64,000 nucleotides of DNA, taken from assembly GCF_009834535.1 (NCBI RefSeq), contig NC_045698.1:16184001-16248000 (forward strand), given 5' to 3'. The position numbers and the translations under genes are program-made. This DNA is from Camelus ferus (taxonomy: Eukaryota). Positions 40,203 to 54,531 of this stretch are shown piece by piece. The notes below the pieces were generated by a model, which worked only from the letters and a program-made list of their open reading frames with translations, was not told the origin of the DNA and ran no database searches. Position 1 is the stretch's first letter. Every line of letters begins with the position of its first letter.

Positions 40203-40691
40203 TGGGCAGGAAAGAGTTAACACAGCAGGAAGTCACTACCTTCAATAGAGCCTGTCTGTGGGGTTGGCCCATGCCTGGCAGCTGGGAACCTGGCAGTTTT
40301 ACCCCATTTGGTCCTCTGAACGCCTGCTTTCCTCTTTGTGATCTCGGCATTTCAGTATGTGGGGCTGGATGTTGCTCCTGCTTGACCCCCAGTAAAAACC
40401 TTGGGTTCTGAGTGTCAAGCAGGCTTTCCTGGGCTGCACACATGAGTTTGCATTTTCCTGTGGGATTAAGGAGTGCATTCTGTGGGGCCCCTCTCTGTGC
40501 AGGTAGTGGGAGTGGGGGTGGAGGGGAACATAGGAAATCTGTGCCTGAATTCCTCCAGACTCAGCCTAACCCATCTGTTCCCCTGTTGCTTGTGATAATA
40601 AAATATAGCCGTGAGCTCAACTGCTTCTGAGAACTGAGAGTCCTTCCAGCAAATCACTGAATGTGTACATGTTCTTAGGACCTCTCCCATA
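40203..40691 (+). mobile_element. ERVL solo LTR (MER68/MER21-like)
   Basis: tgggcaggaaagagttaacacagcagg...cccccagtaaaaaccttggg...gagtccttccagcaaatcactgaa. Confidence 0.8.
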
Positions 40692-41089
40692 GGCACACGC
40701 ATACACACAGATGATCTTATTCTGATTACTTCCAAAACAAGTAGGTATTTTCCATCCTGTTCACTCCTACTTTACTTTCTTCCATTTCCTTTTATGGAAA
40801 GAAGTTTATTTAATCAAATTTATTAAATTAAATTTATTTAATTAAATTAACGAATTTAATTTCAGTGCAATGCAATTCTATTACATTTAAATTAAAAGCC
40901 ATTTGTATCCTACTGTATGATTTCCTGAAGCCCTAATGTGACACTGTTCTTGGTAACCTACTGAGCTGTCATCCTAACCTATCTACCTTACAATGTTCAT
41001 GATCAACTGCAAAAAGCACATAGAATCTTCCCTCTTTAAGGATCTGAGTTCTAATCAGCTTAAAAAAACAAAAAAAAAGACTCACAGCC

Positions 41090-41596
41090 ATAGAATATGT
41101 GTAATCCATTGCTGCACAACAAGTTGTCCCAAAACTTACTGGCTTAACACAACAAAGTTGTATTATTTCATAGTTTCTATGGGCACCTTGTGCTCTGGGT
41201 CCCTCACTAGGCTGCACCTGAAGTATTATCTGTGGCTACAGACATTTCAAGGTCTCACTGGGGAATCTGCTTCCAAGTTCACTCACACCATTGGCTGATC
41301 CTGGCTTGCTACTGTCCAGAGTGGTCAGTGCTCACCACTGGACATCTCCATAGGCCACCTCACAACATGGCAGCTGGCTTCCCTCAGGACAAGCAAGAAA
41401 GCAAAAGGGGGCAAGAAAGACAGACTGCAAAATCTTTTTGTAATCTAGACAAGGACATACCAAGAGTTCTTCCATATTGTATTCATTAGAGGCAAAGTCA
41501 GCAAATTTGGCCAAACCCAAGGAACGGGAATTACAGAAGGGCATGAACAGATGGAGGCAAGGGTTCTAAGAGCCAACTTAGAGTCTGTCTACCACA
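41090..41596 (-). mobile_element. MaLR solo LTR (MLT1F/G-like)
   Basis: ccattgctgcacaacaagttgtcccaaaacttactggcttaacacaac...gtctgtctaccaca. Confidence 0.8.
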
Positions 41597-41689
41597 ATAC
41601 AAAGAAAGAAAATAAACCTGATGGAGCAAAAACCATATCAAACAATATGTTTGTGTGTATCCATACACATATATACATTATTTTTTTAA

Positions 41690-41820
41690 GGAAGCTAATA
41701 TTATTATTCCTATGCTACAGATAAAGAAACTGAAGATGGATAAGTTCAATCTGTTAGAACTAGAATTTCAACCCAGAGAGTCTGGTTATGAAGCCTACAT
41801 TTCTAACTCCATAATGCCCC
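41690..41820 (-). mobile_element. MIR fragment
   Basis: attattattcctatgctacagataaagaaactgaag...gaatttcaacccagagagtctgg. Confidence 0.7.
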
Positions 41821-44800
41821 CCTCACATGGATCCAAAGTTAGACTCAAACATACATATTAAAACTTAACTAATAAACATTAAAAAAAGTAAACATGATGG
41901 ACTATGTCTTCAGTACACATGACAGGTAACCAATAAATATTTTCAGGTAAACAAATGAATATCATAGTTTAACTTTTCTGGAATGGACCTGAAATTTTAA
42001 AAAAGATCATAAATTAAAGCCCTTGCTATGCATATGAGAGTGAGAAAAGGGGAAAAGACAAAAGGAAAACATTACAAAATAAGAGGAAGATAGAGAGGGA
42101 GGAATGAAAGAAAAACAGACTAAGGAAAGGGGAGAGGAAAAACAAAAATTTAGGGAATTTTAGCTTTAATTTGATTTTATAGTTAAGGAACCAAGATGGA
42201 ATATTACAGCAGTTGTATGTCACATAGTGTATATAGTTAAAGCTCAGCACAATAAGACACTTTGAAATTTAAGAATTAAAGTGATATCATAAGAAACAAA
42301 AAGTTTGTAACATAAGATATGCCATAATTGTACATATACCAGGAAACAAGATTTGTAAACCAAATTAACAACATTTGGAGTTTTAAAATGTAACAGTAAT
42401 GTGTAATGAAACTTACTATCAGCATACAAATGTTTTATGAGTATTTCTTTTTAGTTAAAAGAGACAAATTTATAGTTATTTCAGGAAAGTCTGCAGGGTT
42501 CTGGAACAAAGCAACTTATTGGATTTAATATATTTCTCATAAAAGCATCTCAGAAGTATTAATTTCATGCTTGACACAACTTTTCATAGGCTTTGTGATT
42601 TTATGTCTCTGATTTACAGCAGGCTACTTTTGCTGGATGATAAACTCTCAAATTGCAGAAATTTTAAAACTGATAGATTTCTTTTTTAAATATAACAGGG
42701 AAATTTAGTTGATTCAATACGTATATGAACCTTTAAGTGAGTTCATTTTACCAATGATGAAGTAACTATAATAGTTTTTAATTTAATTATGAGTAAATAT
42801 AAATAAAATATTAAATAATTTTCCAATTTTACTTTTTTGCTCCTCCTCAGTGGATTTATTTGAAATACAGTAAAACCTCAGGCAGCAAAGTAATCAAGAA
42901 TTTAGGAATCCTTACCCTTTCCTAGCAGATGTAGATACAAAATGACATAACATAAATATTTGTTGATGGATACAATAGCAGTTTCTGGACTTATACCAAA
43001 CATATAACATCCAGAGACAAAAGCCTGTTTTGAAGTCAAGTAATGACATGGCTCATGAGAGGTACACCTTCCCAAAGAATTAATATTACAAATGATGCTA
43101 AAACTGTTGTAAAGTGATTGGTCAGTTCATTGCAAAAGAGAGACAAAATGTGTTTTGTCAGGCAGGTAACATGAAGGAGAGAATAGGTTTCTCATTAGAA
43201 AAAAAAAAGATGGGAGAAGAAAAGCCTAGTTAGGTTGGGAGTGAGGAGTGATAAGTAGTGAACAAAACAGACAAAATCAGTGATGGGTTAAAGATGAATT
43301 AGATATTTTTATCATCTGAGCAGGAAGCCAATACAAGTCAATGATTCTTACAGTTTTCCAAGTATATCCTACTTGCCACACTATAAATGGATTAGTCCCA
43401 TGGCTACTCATAAAAACAGAACAAAACAAACAACAAAAGTACTTACAAGTTAGAATGATAACCTAGCAAAATGATTCATGTAGCTTCCGTCCTATCAAAG
43501 CTTTTTCAGGGCTGTAATTACCATACCTAACACAGTGAAGCATTTGTTGAATGAAGGAATCTGATACTTAAATTCTCTTTATAGAATTGGTCTTAAGAAA
43601 TCTTCTCATTACATCCAAAGGTAGTACTTATCCCTGTGTCAGATCACCCCATCACTGAGAATTTTAAACTATTAAATTAAACTAAGATTGGTCTTTAAAG
43701 AAAAATCTATCCATTAGTTTCGTATTACTCCTTGGAGATATGTGGCATTAAAATGAAAACCTCTTCTTTCTAGCAATATCTCAAATATTGAAGAAAGCTA
43801 TCTCAAGGAAATACTGAAGAGATATTAATTTATGGTTTCTCTGCACTGTATCTCTGACCTACTTCACCCAAATTATTGTTTTACAATATTAGTCAGATAT
43901 TTGTGTATAAAGAAGTTTGCAAGGCCAAAGCAAATTTACCTGAACGTATTTTCTCTTGTCTTCCATGAACAACTAAATTAATTGAGCCATTATGTGAGGT
44001 GTCAGAAATCATTTCCCACTGTCTCAAAACAAGCATTTTTGGCAACAGGCAAGAAGTGAATCACAGACCCAGTGTGTCCTGCTAAGCATGGGAAAAACAG
44101 TCCCTTAACTTAGGGATCATGCCAGCATCTCCTGAGAGGACGGCTATGACAACCATAATGAACTAAATGTAAGGGACCCCGCTCTTCAGTAAGCATCATG
44201 TTAAGTATTCCAGATTCTTACGTGACCCCATGAAGGAGAGAGCCCCAACTATGCCCAAGATTAATTTCCCTTCAGTCTTCCAGGATCATGGCTATATATC
44301 TAAGTTAATTTTAGTCAAGGAAACTAAAGAAATGTGAATTACCTTGCACACTTGATTTGGAAACAATATACATCAATGACATGACAATTACATTCTCCTT
44401 AAAACCAGCTGAATCTAAGACTTAAGTCTAAGCCGCATCGGACTCCCCTCCTTGCCTGCCAGTTTACAGAGCAATACGTCACGGTAAAGAGCAGAAGATC
44501 GAGCACCAGGGGAAAAAGAGATTGTAAGCCTATTATCTAGGCAAAGATGTTTTACCAGCGTCTCAGTTTTTCAGGTGTAAGACAGAAAGAGTGACACTAT
44601 TAGGCACTATTTGTGGCACAACCATGAGCCAGCTACCACCAATAAAAGGATAACAAGGCAAAGAACACTATGGCCTGAGTACACTCTACATTTAATGCTT
44701 TTGAGCAGATTTATGCAAATTCCCTTTAATATGACCAAACATTTCTCAGGCTGGAAGGACTATGTGTATCATATTTCATTCATTCTAGGACACACCATTC

Positions 44801-44844
44801 AGTTCACTTTGTACCATTACTACAATTGAGATGCATCTTCTAAT

Positions 44845-45471
44845 TGTTACCAAACCAAACTTGGGTCCACTTGCCTGCGTGCAGTAAAGCCAATCTACTG
44901 ACACCAGGTTGTGGTGAAGGAAAGTGCACCATTCATTGCAGGACGCCGAGAGAGGGGTCCAGGGCAGCTAGTCCTTAAAAGACCCAAATTCCCCAAAGGC
45001 TTTCAGGGAAAGGTCTTTGAAGAGGGAGGGGGGTGCTGGGGTGTGTGATCAGCTCATGAATATTCTTCTGATTGGTTGGTGGTCAGGTAATTGGAAGTCA
45101 ACCTCATCAACCTCTGGTTCCAACCATCTGGGATCTATGCGTGTGGGCAGAACACAGTTAACTTTTTCCATCTGATGGGGGTTTCAGTATCTGCAAAACA
45201 GCTCAAAGGATATGGCTCAGAATATTGTCTAGAGCCCATGAGGAGGAATTAAAGGTCCTTGACTTTTAATGATTAATGGCTACACTGTTATTTTGTCTTG
45301 CTTGACTGTTTTCCTTTCTTTCTGTATTTTCTCACTTCTCTGATTAAATATACTCTTTGGAACTTGGGAAAGCCTAGGAGACTAAAGTTTTTTGATGGAT
45401 AATAGGCAGGTGGAGGACATGGAGTGGGGAGTCTGTTCTGGGAAGGCCCCATGGAGTCCTGCTCAGTTACA
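44845..45471 (-). mobile_element. ERV1-class solo LTR, relatively well preserved
   Basis: TG...CA termini (tgttacc...cagttaca); cagtaaagccaatctactgacaccagg and ttctgattggttggtgg motifs; no clear TSD. Confidence 0.8.
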
Positions 45472-46119
45472 AAGTCAATCATATGTCAGAGTTAATTAGG
45501 AATATTTTTAAAATTTAAATAATATCAACAATATTGGTGCTTATATAAGCAACTTTCAGAGGTGAAGATGTCTGGAATTGGGGTTTTCATGTGGTTTTAC
45601 ACCGAATTAAGGTAATAAATAGATCAGGCTGCCTTCTGCTTACAATTGCTGCATCGTGTTGACAATGACAAAATATCTTGGCCAGAAAAAACAGAAATGC
45701 CTGGGCCCTTAGTTTCTGTTGTTGTTTGAGTGTTTTTCCCCCTGAGAACTATTAAACTGCCAAATTGGGTAAAACCTGGTTTTATGAGCTTAGTGAACTT
45801 GAGTTAGTTCTGAGAGATGTATCGATTTAAGTTGTGCTGATCAAATCCAGTCTCTGGCCCATCGTGCATTCAGAACATCAGACCATCAATGTATGTTGTA
45901 CCAGAGGTCTTTTAGGTGGCAAAAAGATAACTTATCCTGATGTCACCCATACACATTTCATCATCATTACCTGCCTCACACTTTTCTTTTTTTTTTTTTC
46001 TCTCCCTTTGAGTAAAGGAAGTAACTTTAGCAAAGCAGTTATGAAGTGTTAGGTACTTAAGAGGCCTTCAACAACAATTATATAGTTTCTCTGATTGTCC
46101 TTCCCTGAGTTGATTCTAA

Positions 46120-46740
46120 TTTCATGAAGCACCTCAAAATATGGTGTACCCAGAACTGCCAAGACTCTGCATTGCCTATCACTCCTTCAATCCTGTTACT
46201 ATATTTTTGTTCACGAAATATAAGATCCCATTAGCTCTGCTGCAGCTACATCACACTATTGACTGGTATTGATCTTCCTGTCAAGTAAAGCCTGCAATCT
46301 CTTTTACACATGCTATTGCTAAGTGATCCTATCCTTTGTATGGTTGGCTTTTTGGATCGTAAGACAGGACCTTAACGTTTATCACTTTAAAATGCTTATT
46401 AGTTTTGGTCCTTTACTCTTCGCTGTCCAAATACTGTGGATTCTTTATTCTGTAAGATAAAATATGTACCACAGCTCCCTGAGTTTTGTCATACACAAAT
46501 CTGGCGGTTAGAACTACTTTATAGTTGTCAAGTTACAATGTGAACAGGTTACGACTACTGAAATAAACAGAACTGAATATAGATCCTGAGGGACATGCTA
46601 GAATCCTCTCTTTATGTTGACATCACTGAATACTGACCTTCACCTAGTTATTAATCCATACCTTTTATCATCAAGTTCACTTTTACATGTCAGTCACCAG
46701 GATCCTATGAGTAACGCTTTGATCAAAATCAATCTACCAC
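46120..46740 (-). mobile_element. L3/CR1 LINE fragment
   Basis: aatatggtgtacccagaactg...caggaccttaacgtttatc...ttttgtcatacacaaat...gatcctgagggac...gttgacat resemble the antisense CR1 RT region. Confidence 0.65.
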
Positions 46741-47039
46741 ATTTCTTTGATCCATTCCTCTAATGTTTAAAAAGAAGGTAAACTGCGATACTGGTCTTAA
46801 AAATGCTTGCTGAAGCCTAACCGTAACAAAACCTGAACTCGGTGTGTGCAGTCACCCTCTAACTGCTTTTCTTATATCTTTTCAACTCCCACTGTGGAAC
46901 CATCAAGAAGCATAAAGATTACAGAAATTCCTCCCTTCCTCCTCAGGCACTGTAGACTGGCAAAACCTCTTTTTAACAGCGTGTTACCGCCTTCCTAAAA
47001 CCTCTTTCCCATTCCTATTAATGCACTAATTTTGGCAAT

Positions 47040-47330
47040 TTGCATTTGTTATAAGTACCACCACAGATTTTCTCACTGGTCTTGATGCTTCTTATGGTCA
47101 TTAAATACTACCTTCAGAGTGTCGCTGGAGAGAATACACTAAACACCCAGTCTGTCTAGGCCTAAGTTTCGCTCTGCCTCTCAAACTCCCCGCATCTGGC
47201 TTTCCATAATCACCTCCACTTCAAAATGACAACTGTAGCAGACAGTTCATATGTTCGAGAAAGCTCCAGACTACTCATGCACCCTTGTTATCCTGCATGT
47301 GGTCCCTTCTGCCTGCAAGCTCATCTCTAA
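47040..47330 (+). mobile_element. L2 fragment
   Basis: ttctcactggtcttgatgcttc...catgtggtcccttctgcctg. Confidence 0.45.
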
Positions 47331-47761
47331 TCAGTTCTCATCTGACCCAGAAGCAAAGGGGCAGATAGAGGCAAATGGCCAGTTCTGTTAAGAACAAAGA
47401 AAAATTGGAGTATTAGGAAAGCATCCCCTGCACCCTGAATATCTACCATAGCCACAGCTCCATCATTCTGCGCACAGGTTAACATGCTTTGAATCATGGG
47501 ACCTGTTGTCCTGACCACGATTTAACTGGACCAGGGCCTGAGTCCCGAGTCAAACAGGCTATCGGTAAGATAATCTGCTACCTATGGGGAGACTTAGTGT
47601 GGGAAATCTGCTCAATAATGAGAACAGGACCAGTCACCATCTACTTAAAAAAGAAAAACTATTATTTTAAATTCGATTTTAAATGCAAGATTCACAGAAA
47701 GGAACACAGGATTTACAGAGAATATAAGACAACAGATACAGAAAAACACACAGATTAAGGG

Positions 47762-48266
47762 TGTATAAACAGAATGATCCACCCCAACCCCCACCACCAC
47801 ACACACACACACACACACACATGCAAATATGTTCACGTCCTAATGCCTGGAGCTTGTGAATATGTTACTTACATGTGCAGATGTGATTAAGGTAAGGACC
47901 TCCAGATGGGGAGATTACCCTGCTGGGTCTCATGTCAGCACAGAGTTTTTATAAAAGAGAGGCCAGAGAGTCAAAGCAAGAGAGAAGATGTGAGGACTGG
48001 AGAGAGGGGACTCATGAACACTGAGGACAGAAAGGGCCACAAGCAAAGGGTTGCTGATGGCTTGTAGAAGCTGACAAAGGCAAGGAAACAAATTCTCTAC
48101 TAGACCTACAGAAGCAATGAACTTTGATTTTAGAACTCTGACTTGTCAGACTACTGGTATCTTGGTCTTAGGACTTCTGATGTTCAGAATATTAATCATA
48201 AATGTGTGTTGTTTAAGCCACTGAATTTGTGGTAATTTGTTACAGCAGCAGGAAGAAACTAATACA
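47762..48266 (+). mobile_element. MaLR solo LTR (MLT1D-like) with internal (CA)n
   Basis: cacgtcctaatgcctggagcttgtgaatatgttac...gtaatttgttacagcagcaggaagaaactaataca; flanks aaggg/aaggc are a near 5-bp TSD. Confidence 0.85.
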
Positions 48267-48431
48267 AAGGCTTTTATTTAAAGTCTGTATTAAGACTTAA
48301 GTCATATTCATCAATTTCAATGCCAACATAATCTCAAAAATTAACTGACTGAAAGATTGAAGATACATTTACATTATGGCATCTCTGCAAGGATTTTTGC
48401 CAAATACATATTAACAATTGCATGCAATCTT

Positions 48432-49265
48432 ATTGCAATGAGATGCAACTTACTTACTCAGAGCAGTCCGAATGGCCATCATTCAAAACTCCACAAATGA
48501 TAAATGCTGGAGAAGGTGTCTATTAAAGGGAACCCTCCTACACTGTTGGTGGGAATGTAGTTTGGTGCAGCCATTATGGAAAACAGCATGGAGGTTCCTC
48601 AAAAGACTAAAAATAGTCTTACCATATGATCCAGCAATCTCACTCCTGGGCATATATCCAGAGGAAGCCTTAATTCAAAAAGATACATGCACTCCAACAT
48701 TCATAGCAGCACTATTTACAATAGCCAAGACATGGAAAGAACCTAAATGTCCATCAGCAGATGACTAGACAGAGAAGCTGTGGTTGGTTTATACAATGGA
48801 ATACTACTCAGCCATAAAAAATAAAATAATGCCATTTGCAGCATCATGGATGGACCTGGAGAATTTAATTCTAAGTGAAGTAAGCCAAAAAGAGAAAGAT
48901 AAATACCACATGATATCATTTATATGTGAAAAAAAAAAAAAAGACGAACTGATTTACAAAACAGAAACAGACTCACAGACATAGAAAACAAACTTATGGT
49001 TACCAGGAGGGGAAGGGGTGGGAAGGGATAAACTGGAAGTTCGAGATTTACAGATACTAACTAATATATATAAAACAGATAAACAAGTTTACACTGTATA
49101 GCACAGGGAACTATATTCAGTATCTTATAGTAACTTATGGTGAAAAAGAATATGAAAACGAGTATATGTATGTTCCTGTATGACTGAAGCATTGTGCTGT
49201 ACACCAGAAACTGACAACATTGTAAACTGACTTTATTACAATAAAAAATATATATATACAAAAAG
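48432..49265 (+). mobile_element. 5'-truncated camelid-type L1 (ORF2 C-terminus plus 3' UTR) with a 16-bp TSD
   Basis: ORF 48472-48768 matches the L1 ORF2 cysteine-rich C-terminus ([35 protein letters not shown]); TSD aattgcatgcaatctt at 48416-48431 and 49266-49281. Confidence 0.95.
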
Positions 49266-50019
49266 AATTGCATGCAATCTTGAAATTTGGATTTGAACCT
49301 ACCAACATGAAATTTGGGTCTAATTCTGAGGAAATATATTTTTCTGTACCTGAAACTCACTTCACAGATTTCCATGGATATACTTCTTACTTGTATTTAT
49401 TTATTTTTATTCTTTATTTTAAATTAGATTGCCTCAGTTCTTATGTGGTAAAATGTACATAGTCAGTGAGGAGACATATCTTGGAAGAAAAAAGAAGCTT
49501 TAGAAAATGGTACTATTTGTTTAAAACTGACCTGTGTCTAATCACACAGCATATTGCAAAGAGTGAATAAAGAATGGTCCACATCAGACACAGAGAATAG
49601 GGAGAGGCCTTCTGGGGACACAGGAAGACTATTACTAGTTGATATGTTGGAGGAGGTATGTACTTGTCACCAGGCAAGAAACCTTTGTTCTCAACTAATT
49701 GGCTTCTGGGTCTAATAACAAAAGGATGCACAGATGAAATTAAGAAATTAGATATATTATACTTGGAATATACTCCTAGAAGTAGAACAAGAAGTGAGAG
49801 TAAGAAAAATAGACTTATAAGAGTCAATGGAGAAAATTTTGAGAAGGAATTTGTCACCTGTATAGAAATAAAAGATTCTCAACAATACTTATAAACAAGA
49901 AAATTCCCTTTGTGCCTTAAATCTTAGAGGATTTTATTGTTTTATCTTGTTTAATTTTTAATTTTTAAGCTTTAGAATATCATTTCTAATTAGGCATGAT
50001 CCTATCTCATCTGAACTTT

Positions 50020-50185
50020 TGAGTTCCTTACTACTTGTGTGATTTTTAAATGCAGGTCTCTCCTCTCTCATGTATAAAATGGTAATCATAGTCCTCTTTT
50101 CGGGGGTCACTTTTGAGGAATAAACAACATACTGCATTCTCTCAGTTCCGTGCTAGGCACATTGTAATTTCAGTGTTATTTCTTG
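50020..50185 (+). mobile_element. MIR fragment
   Basis: ctcatgtataaaatggtaatcatagt...gtgctaggcacattgtaa. Confidence 0.55.
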
Positions 50186-50604
50186 TTGAATAGTGAACAT
50201 TTTCTCACCAGCTTTGTCTTCTTCAGGAGGCCTTAGGCAAACCTATAACATAAAAATAGACATTTTCTATCTCCCTATTCTCATCTATTTTGGTTCTAAC
50301 TCTACACATACATATTATTCATATCCTCTCCCTGAAAAAAAACCCCACAGGTTATTCTCAGTTTCACTTTATAATGTTTTATCCAGTCTTGTCTTCATCC
50401 AATAATTCCCCTATATCCAGTCTTCCTACTCTTCAATTTTGATCTAAATCTAGTTACCACAACTTCCGTCTCCTCTGAGGTCTATGATCTGATAATGAAT
50501 TTGATGAGAATATCACTGGTAAATATGTGCTACCTAAAACTATAATAGCTTTAAGGCACTCATTTATTGATGGACTGTCTAAAATCCAAACTTTTATTTA
50601 TTTT

Positions 50605-50645
50605 TATATATGTATATATATACACATATCCACATATTATTACAG

Positions 50646-50688
<43 letters not shown>
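50605..50688. repeat. (TA)n(CA)n microsatellite
   Basis: Directly visible. Confidence 0.9.
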
Positions 50689-52499
50689 TTGAATTGGATT
50701 TGTATCATAAAGCATATTTTTGAATAATAGGGAAAACAAATAAAATAGATTTGAATAATAATGTCAAATAAAAATTTAATACTAGCCCCAAACTAGCAAA
50801 ATACTCTCAAATTTACTCACAAGATAGTCCAACAAAAGATTTAAAAGTTATTTTGTTTAAAAAAGTTATTTTATATTGTTTCACAAGTTGGTAGTTTCAA
50901 ATATTTATGTAAATATTTTTCTTTTAATAATGGAAACTCTCTCAAATTATATAAATTATGTATAGTATGTTTTATAAATGTTTCTTTTTACCTTTTAGCT
51001 AGAATTGATATGGTGATCATTAAAATAAACCACCTAAATATGTACAGTTCACTGATTCAGTGGCTTAAGCATTCTCCTCTTTGTAGAAAATGAATTTGTA
51101 ATGAGAACAGTTCTTAGCATTTGTTAAAGCATCTATAATATATATCATTAAAACAAAATGATTATCACAATATTACAAATCATACAGTAATAAAATATGT
51201 TCTTCCCTAAAATGAATAGGCTAGTTCACAGGATGCTGACGTAAATGTATTATAGTTTGTAATTTCCATCTTCATAATATATAGCACTTTTAATATTTTG
51301 TTTTAATATATAAATGTGTTTATATTAACTTGTTAGAGTTAATGGATTGGAAACTAATATACAAAGTGGGCAGACAGGAATAGCTATTCAACTTTTATCT
51401 TCGACTATGGATGATGAGCTATTACAATGAGAAAAATTTTTGTGAAACGTGTTTTTTAAATACCTCTCCTCCTTAATTGACTTTTTGAAATTGCAAACAA
51501 CTATCTCATTGAAATCTCTAACAGGAAATTATATACATTAATCATAAAGTACTCCTGTACATTTAACTAATATTTATTGAACACTTTGAGCACATATTTT
51601 TGGCTAGGAGATATATGCATATATATGTATTATATACACATATACACACACACTATATAAAAATAGATATATACACACACACATATACACATTTAGAAGT
51701 ACTAGAGTTTATAGATGTTCACAAAATACAGAACATGTATATACTAATGAGCACAATTCTGCTCTCAAAGTTTTATTCCTGGAAGTCAAATAAAAATTGT
51801 ATGAATCAAAAGATTACTTCACAATACATAAATATTTATTGTTAGGAAATTTTAATAGAATTGAGTTTTGATTAATGATCATATTTGAGTGGATTTTATT
51901 GTCAGGGTACAGAACATACACTGGTAATTATACAATAACGTGTTAGGAGAGAGGTGTGGGGAGGGGGTTTGGTACTCACTGAGGAGTTGGTAGCTAATGC
52001 AACTGGAAGAACACAAGGATTCAGAGTCTGCTGGAGAAGCTGTGTGTGTTCCTTGTGAGTCATCTGTTATAAATACTATTGTAAACACAATTTCAGTTTT
52101 CACATGTATGTGTTTTTTCTGCTGTTACTGATACGGGAAAATTATCACAGCACCAACAGTAACAACAAATGTATTATTGGGAAAACTAATTTGAGATTCT
52201 TTGATTAGAGGAATCTGTTTTATTTCTTACTGTCTCTAGACTGGTCAAGGTCAGGTTTCTCTTGGTTTTGATCTCGATAAACTTTTAGTTGCAATACTTC
52301 AGTCCATCAGAGGACTGGGTCCCACAAGGAGCTCCTTGGCCCAAAATTATTATTTAACAGTGCAGTCTTCTGAGCAACCTGTTAGGCTTGAGAAACCTTT
52401 GAAGAGATTTTGTATGAGCTATTCAAGTCATCAACTTTTAAGAAGATTTTTTTAAGTTGGTGAATATTTGATGCTCATTTTAGACTGCTTTCTAGTTCT

Positions 52500-53980
52500 C
52501 TTTGATGTAGAAACATTAACTTTTAATTCTATTGTTGTTTTAAATTTCCATCATCTGTTTAGATTTACAGTGTGTTTAGCAGCTTTACTCACTAAAACAT
52601 CTTGAATCTTTTATCCTTTCTTCAGAATTTATTTTTTATAATGCTGAAGCATACTTTTACACTTTTTTTTTTTAACTGGATATCAATCAAGATTTCTCTC
52701 AGAACTTGATTTTTGAAAATTATTTCACTCTCTATTTTTAATAATTATTTATCTATGAATGCAAATATCTTTGACAAGTACTTTTCAGATTCTGAAAATA
52801 GTTTACATTGATTTCTGCCACAATTGCTGATGTTGAGAAGATTGCTGTCATTCTCATGGTCATTCTCGGTATATTGTTTATTGTTTATTACTTGCTTTTT
52901 TGGGAACTTCTTTGTTCTTCTGCAGTCTCATTATAAAGTTTAGACGTGGATTTACTTTAATTCATTCTGCTTGGCCATTTTAAAAATCAATTTTGAAGAA
53001 ATTTTCATTCATTTATTCTATCTGTTCTACCTTTCTCTCATTTCCTTGGAAATTTTCATTCTGAAATTTCTGGTAAATATACATATACCATTTAATCTAT
53101 CCTTAATATTCCTTTTATTTCCCAGGTCTTAATCTTGCTAGACTGTGTGGCCTGTCATTTTCTAGAATTATTTTTTTCTAATTCACTGATAGCCTTCAAC
53201 TATGTCTATGTGCACTAGTCAAACTGAATATTAAATTCTAATTTCAAAGTATTTGTAATTGTTTATGATTATGATCATAAGTTATTAGATTATTTATGTT
53301 TATTGGGTCATGGACCCTCAGTCACCATAATATATTTTCTCCTATCCTCTTGTGTTTGTCATCTTGAATTGTGAGGCAGTATTTAGACAGATTTATTCCA
53401 GAGGCATCCGTAGATAACAGGGCAAGGCTTGTGTTTTCAGAGTGCCATTCCATTGGCTTATACCAGGCACTGCAGAAACATTAATCAATTCCAGATAAGT
53501 GTTGTGTTAACGTCTCATCTTGGTGGTTACCAGACCAGGTAATTAGTGTAAATTAATTAGGATTTCAAACACATGATAGACCAAAATCTGTGGTCTGAGT
53601 TCTCAGACTTTTTTTTTTTCCCCCTCTAAGCAGAGTCTATGGAGAGCAAAGAGTTTGGAACTTCATATGGGTACTTCTAAAAATCGATTTCTAGCCTATG
53701 GTTTCCATTTAACTAGTCAACTGCTTCTAGGCTACAAATTTATGAATAACTTGAAATGGAGACTTACCAAAAAGATCCCAGCTCTTGGCCTTAAGCGGGT
53801 ATTAAATCCAAAGCCTCTAGGTTCCAAAGATCAGCAATTCTTTCCAACTCCGGGCTACAGAAAAGTTTATCATCAACTTGCCCCCTCATCACCCTAAATG
53901 GCTTCTATCAACAGGGGAAGTGTTTTCCCTCTCTCAAGTTCCTCTCTGCATTTTGCATTAAATGACTGCATTTATAGATG
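52500..53980 (-). mobile_element. Ancient L1M/HAL1-like fragments
   Basis: T-rich antisense L1-like motifs, e.g. attgctgatgttgagaagattgctgtcattctcatggt and gtggatttactttaattcattctgcttgg. Confidence 0.5.
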
Positions 53981-54060
53981 CTTCGATCAGGCATCATGCC
54001 AAGTTATTAGTCTACATTTCCAGTAACAGAAGTTACCATTTTATCTAAAGAATCAATGTG

Positions 54061-54242
54061 AGTACTCTTTTTTGACCCTTCTTGTAATAACCTTTCATGA
54101 AAAACGAATATATGTATGTATATGCATGACTGGGACAGTGTGCTGTACTCCGGAGACTGACACACTGTAACTGAGTGCACTTCAGTAAAGAAAATAAAAG
54201 AGAAAGCATGCACAGATGATATGTAAATGGGAAAAAAAAAAG
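54061..54242 (+). mobile_element. Short camelid-type L1 3'-end insertion
   Basis: cttgtaataacctttcatgaaaaacgaatatatgtatgtatatgcatgactgggacagtgtgctgtactccggagactgacacactgtaactga parallels the 3' end of the L1 at 49120-49240; probable TSD aagaatcaat(g/t)tg at 54048-54060 and 54243-54255. Confidence 0.8.
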
Positions 54243-54531
54243 AAGAATCAATTTGTAAAATTTTACTCTTTTACACCTGGCTTGAGAATGTGAATGGCCC
54301 ACTGATGATAGAAATGTGCATCTTAAGTTCAGTAATGTTTCTAAAAACTTGATAAGGACTTTCTTCTCTTTTTTACTAATGCAATTATTCCAGAGTAACT
54401 AAGACTAAACGCATTATTGATAATGAAGACCCCTTTGAAATCAATGACATTGGCTTCACCCTATACTTACGTCCTACACCACATATGTAATAAAGAGTAC
54501 GAATTTTTCAATTTGAATTTTAATGTTTGAT

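Noticed and set aside
48472..48984. ORFs of 98 and 66 aa with a real protein match
   Set aside because: These are broken L1 ORF2 C-terminal remnants in a 5'-truncated element, not a host gene.
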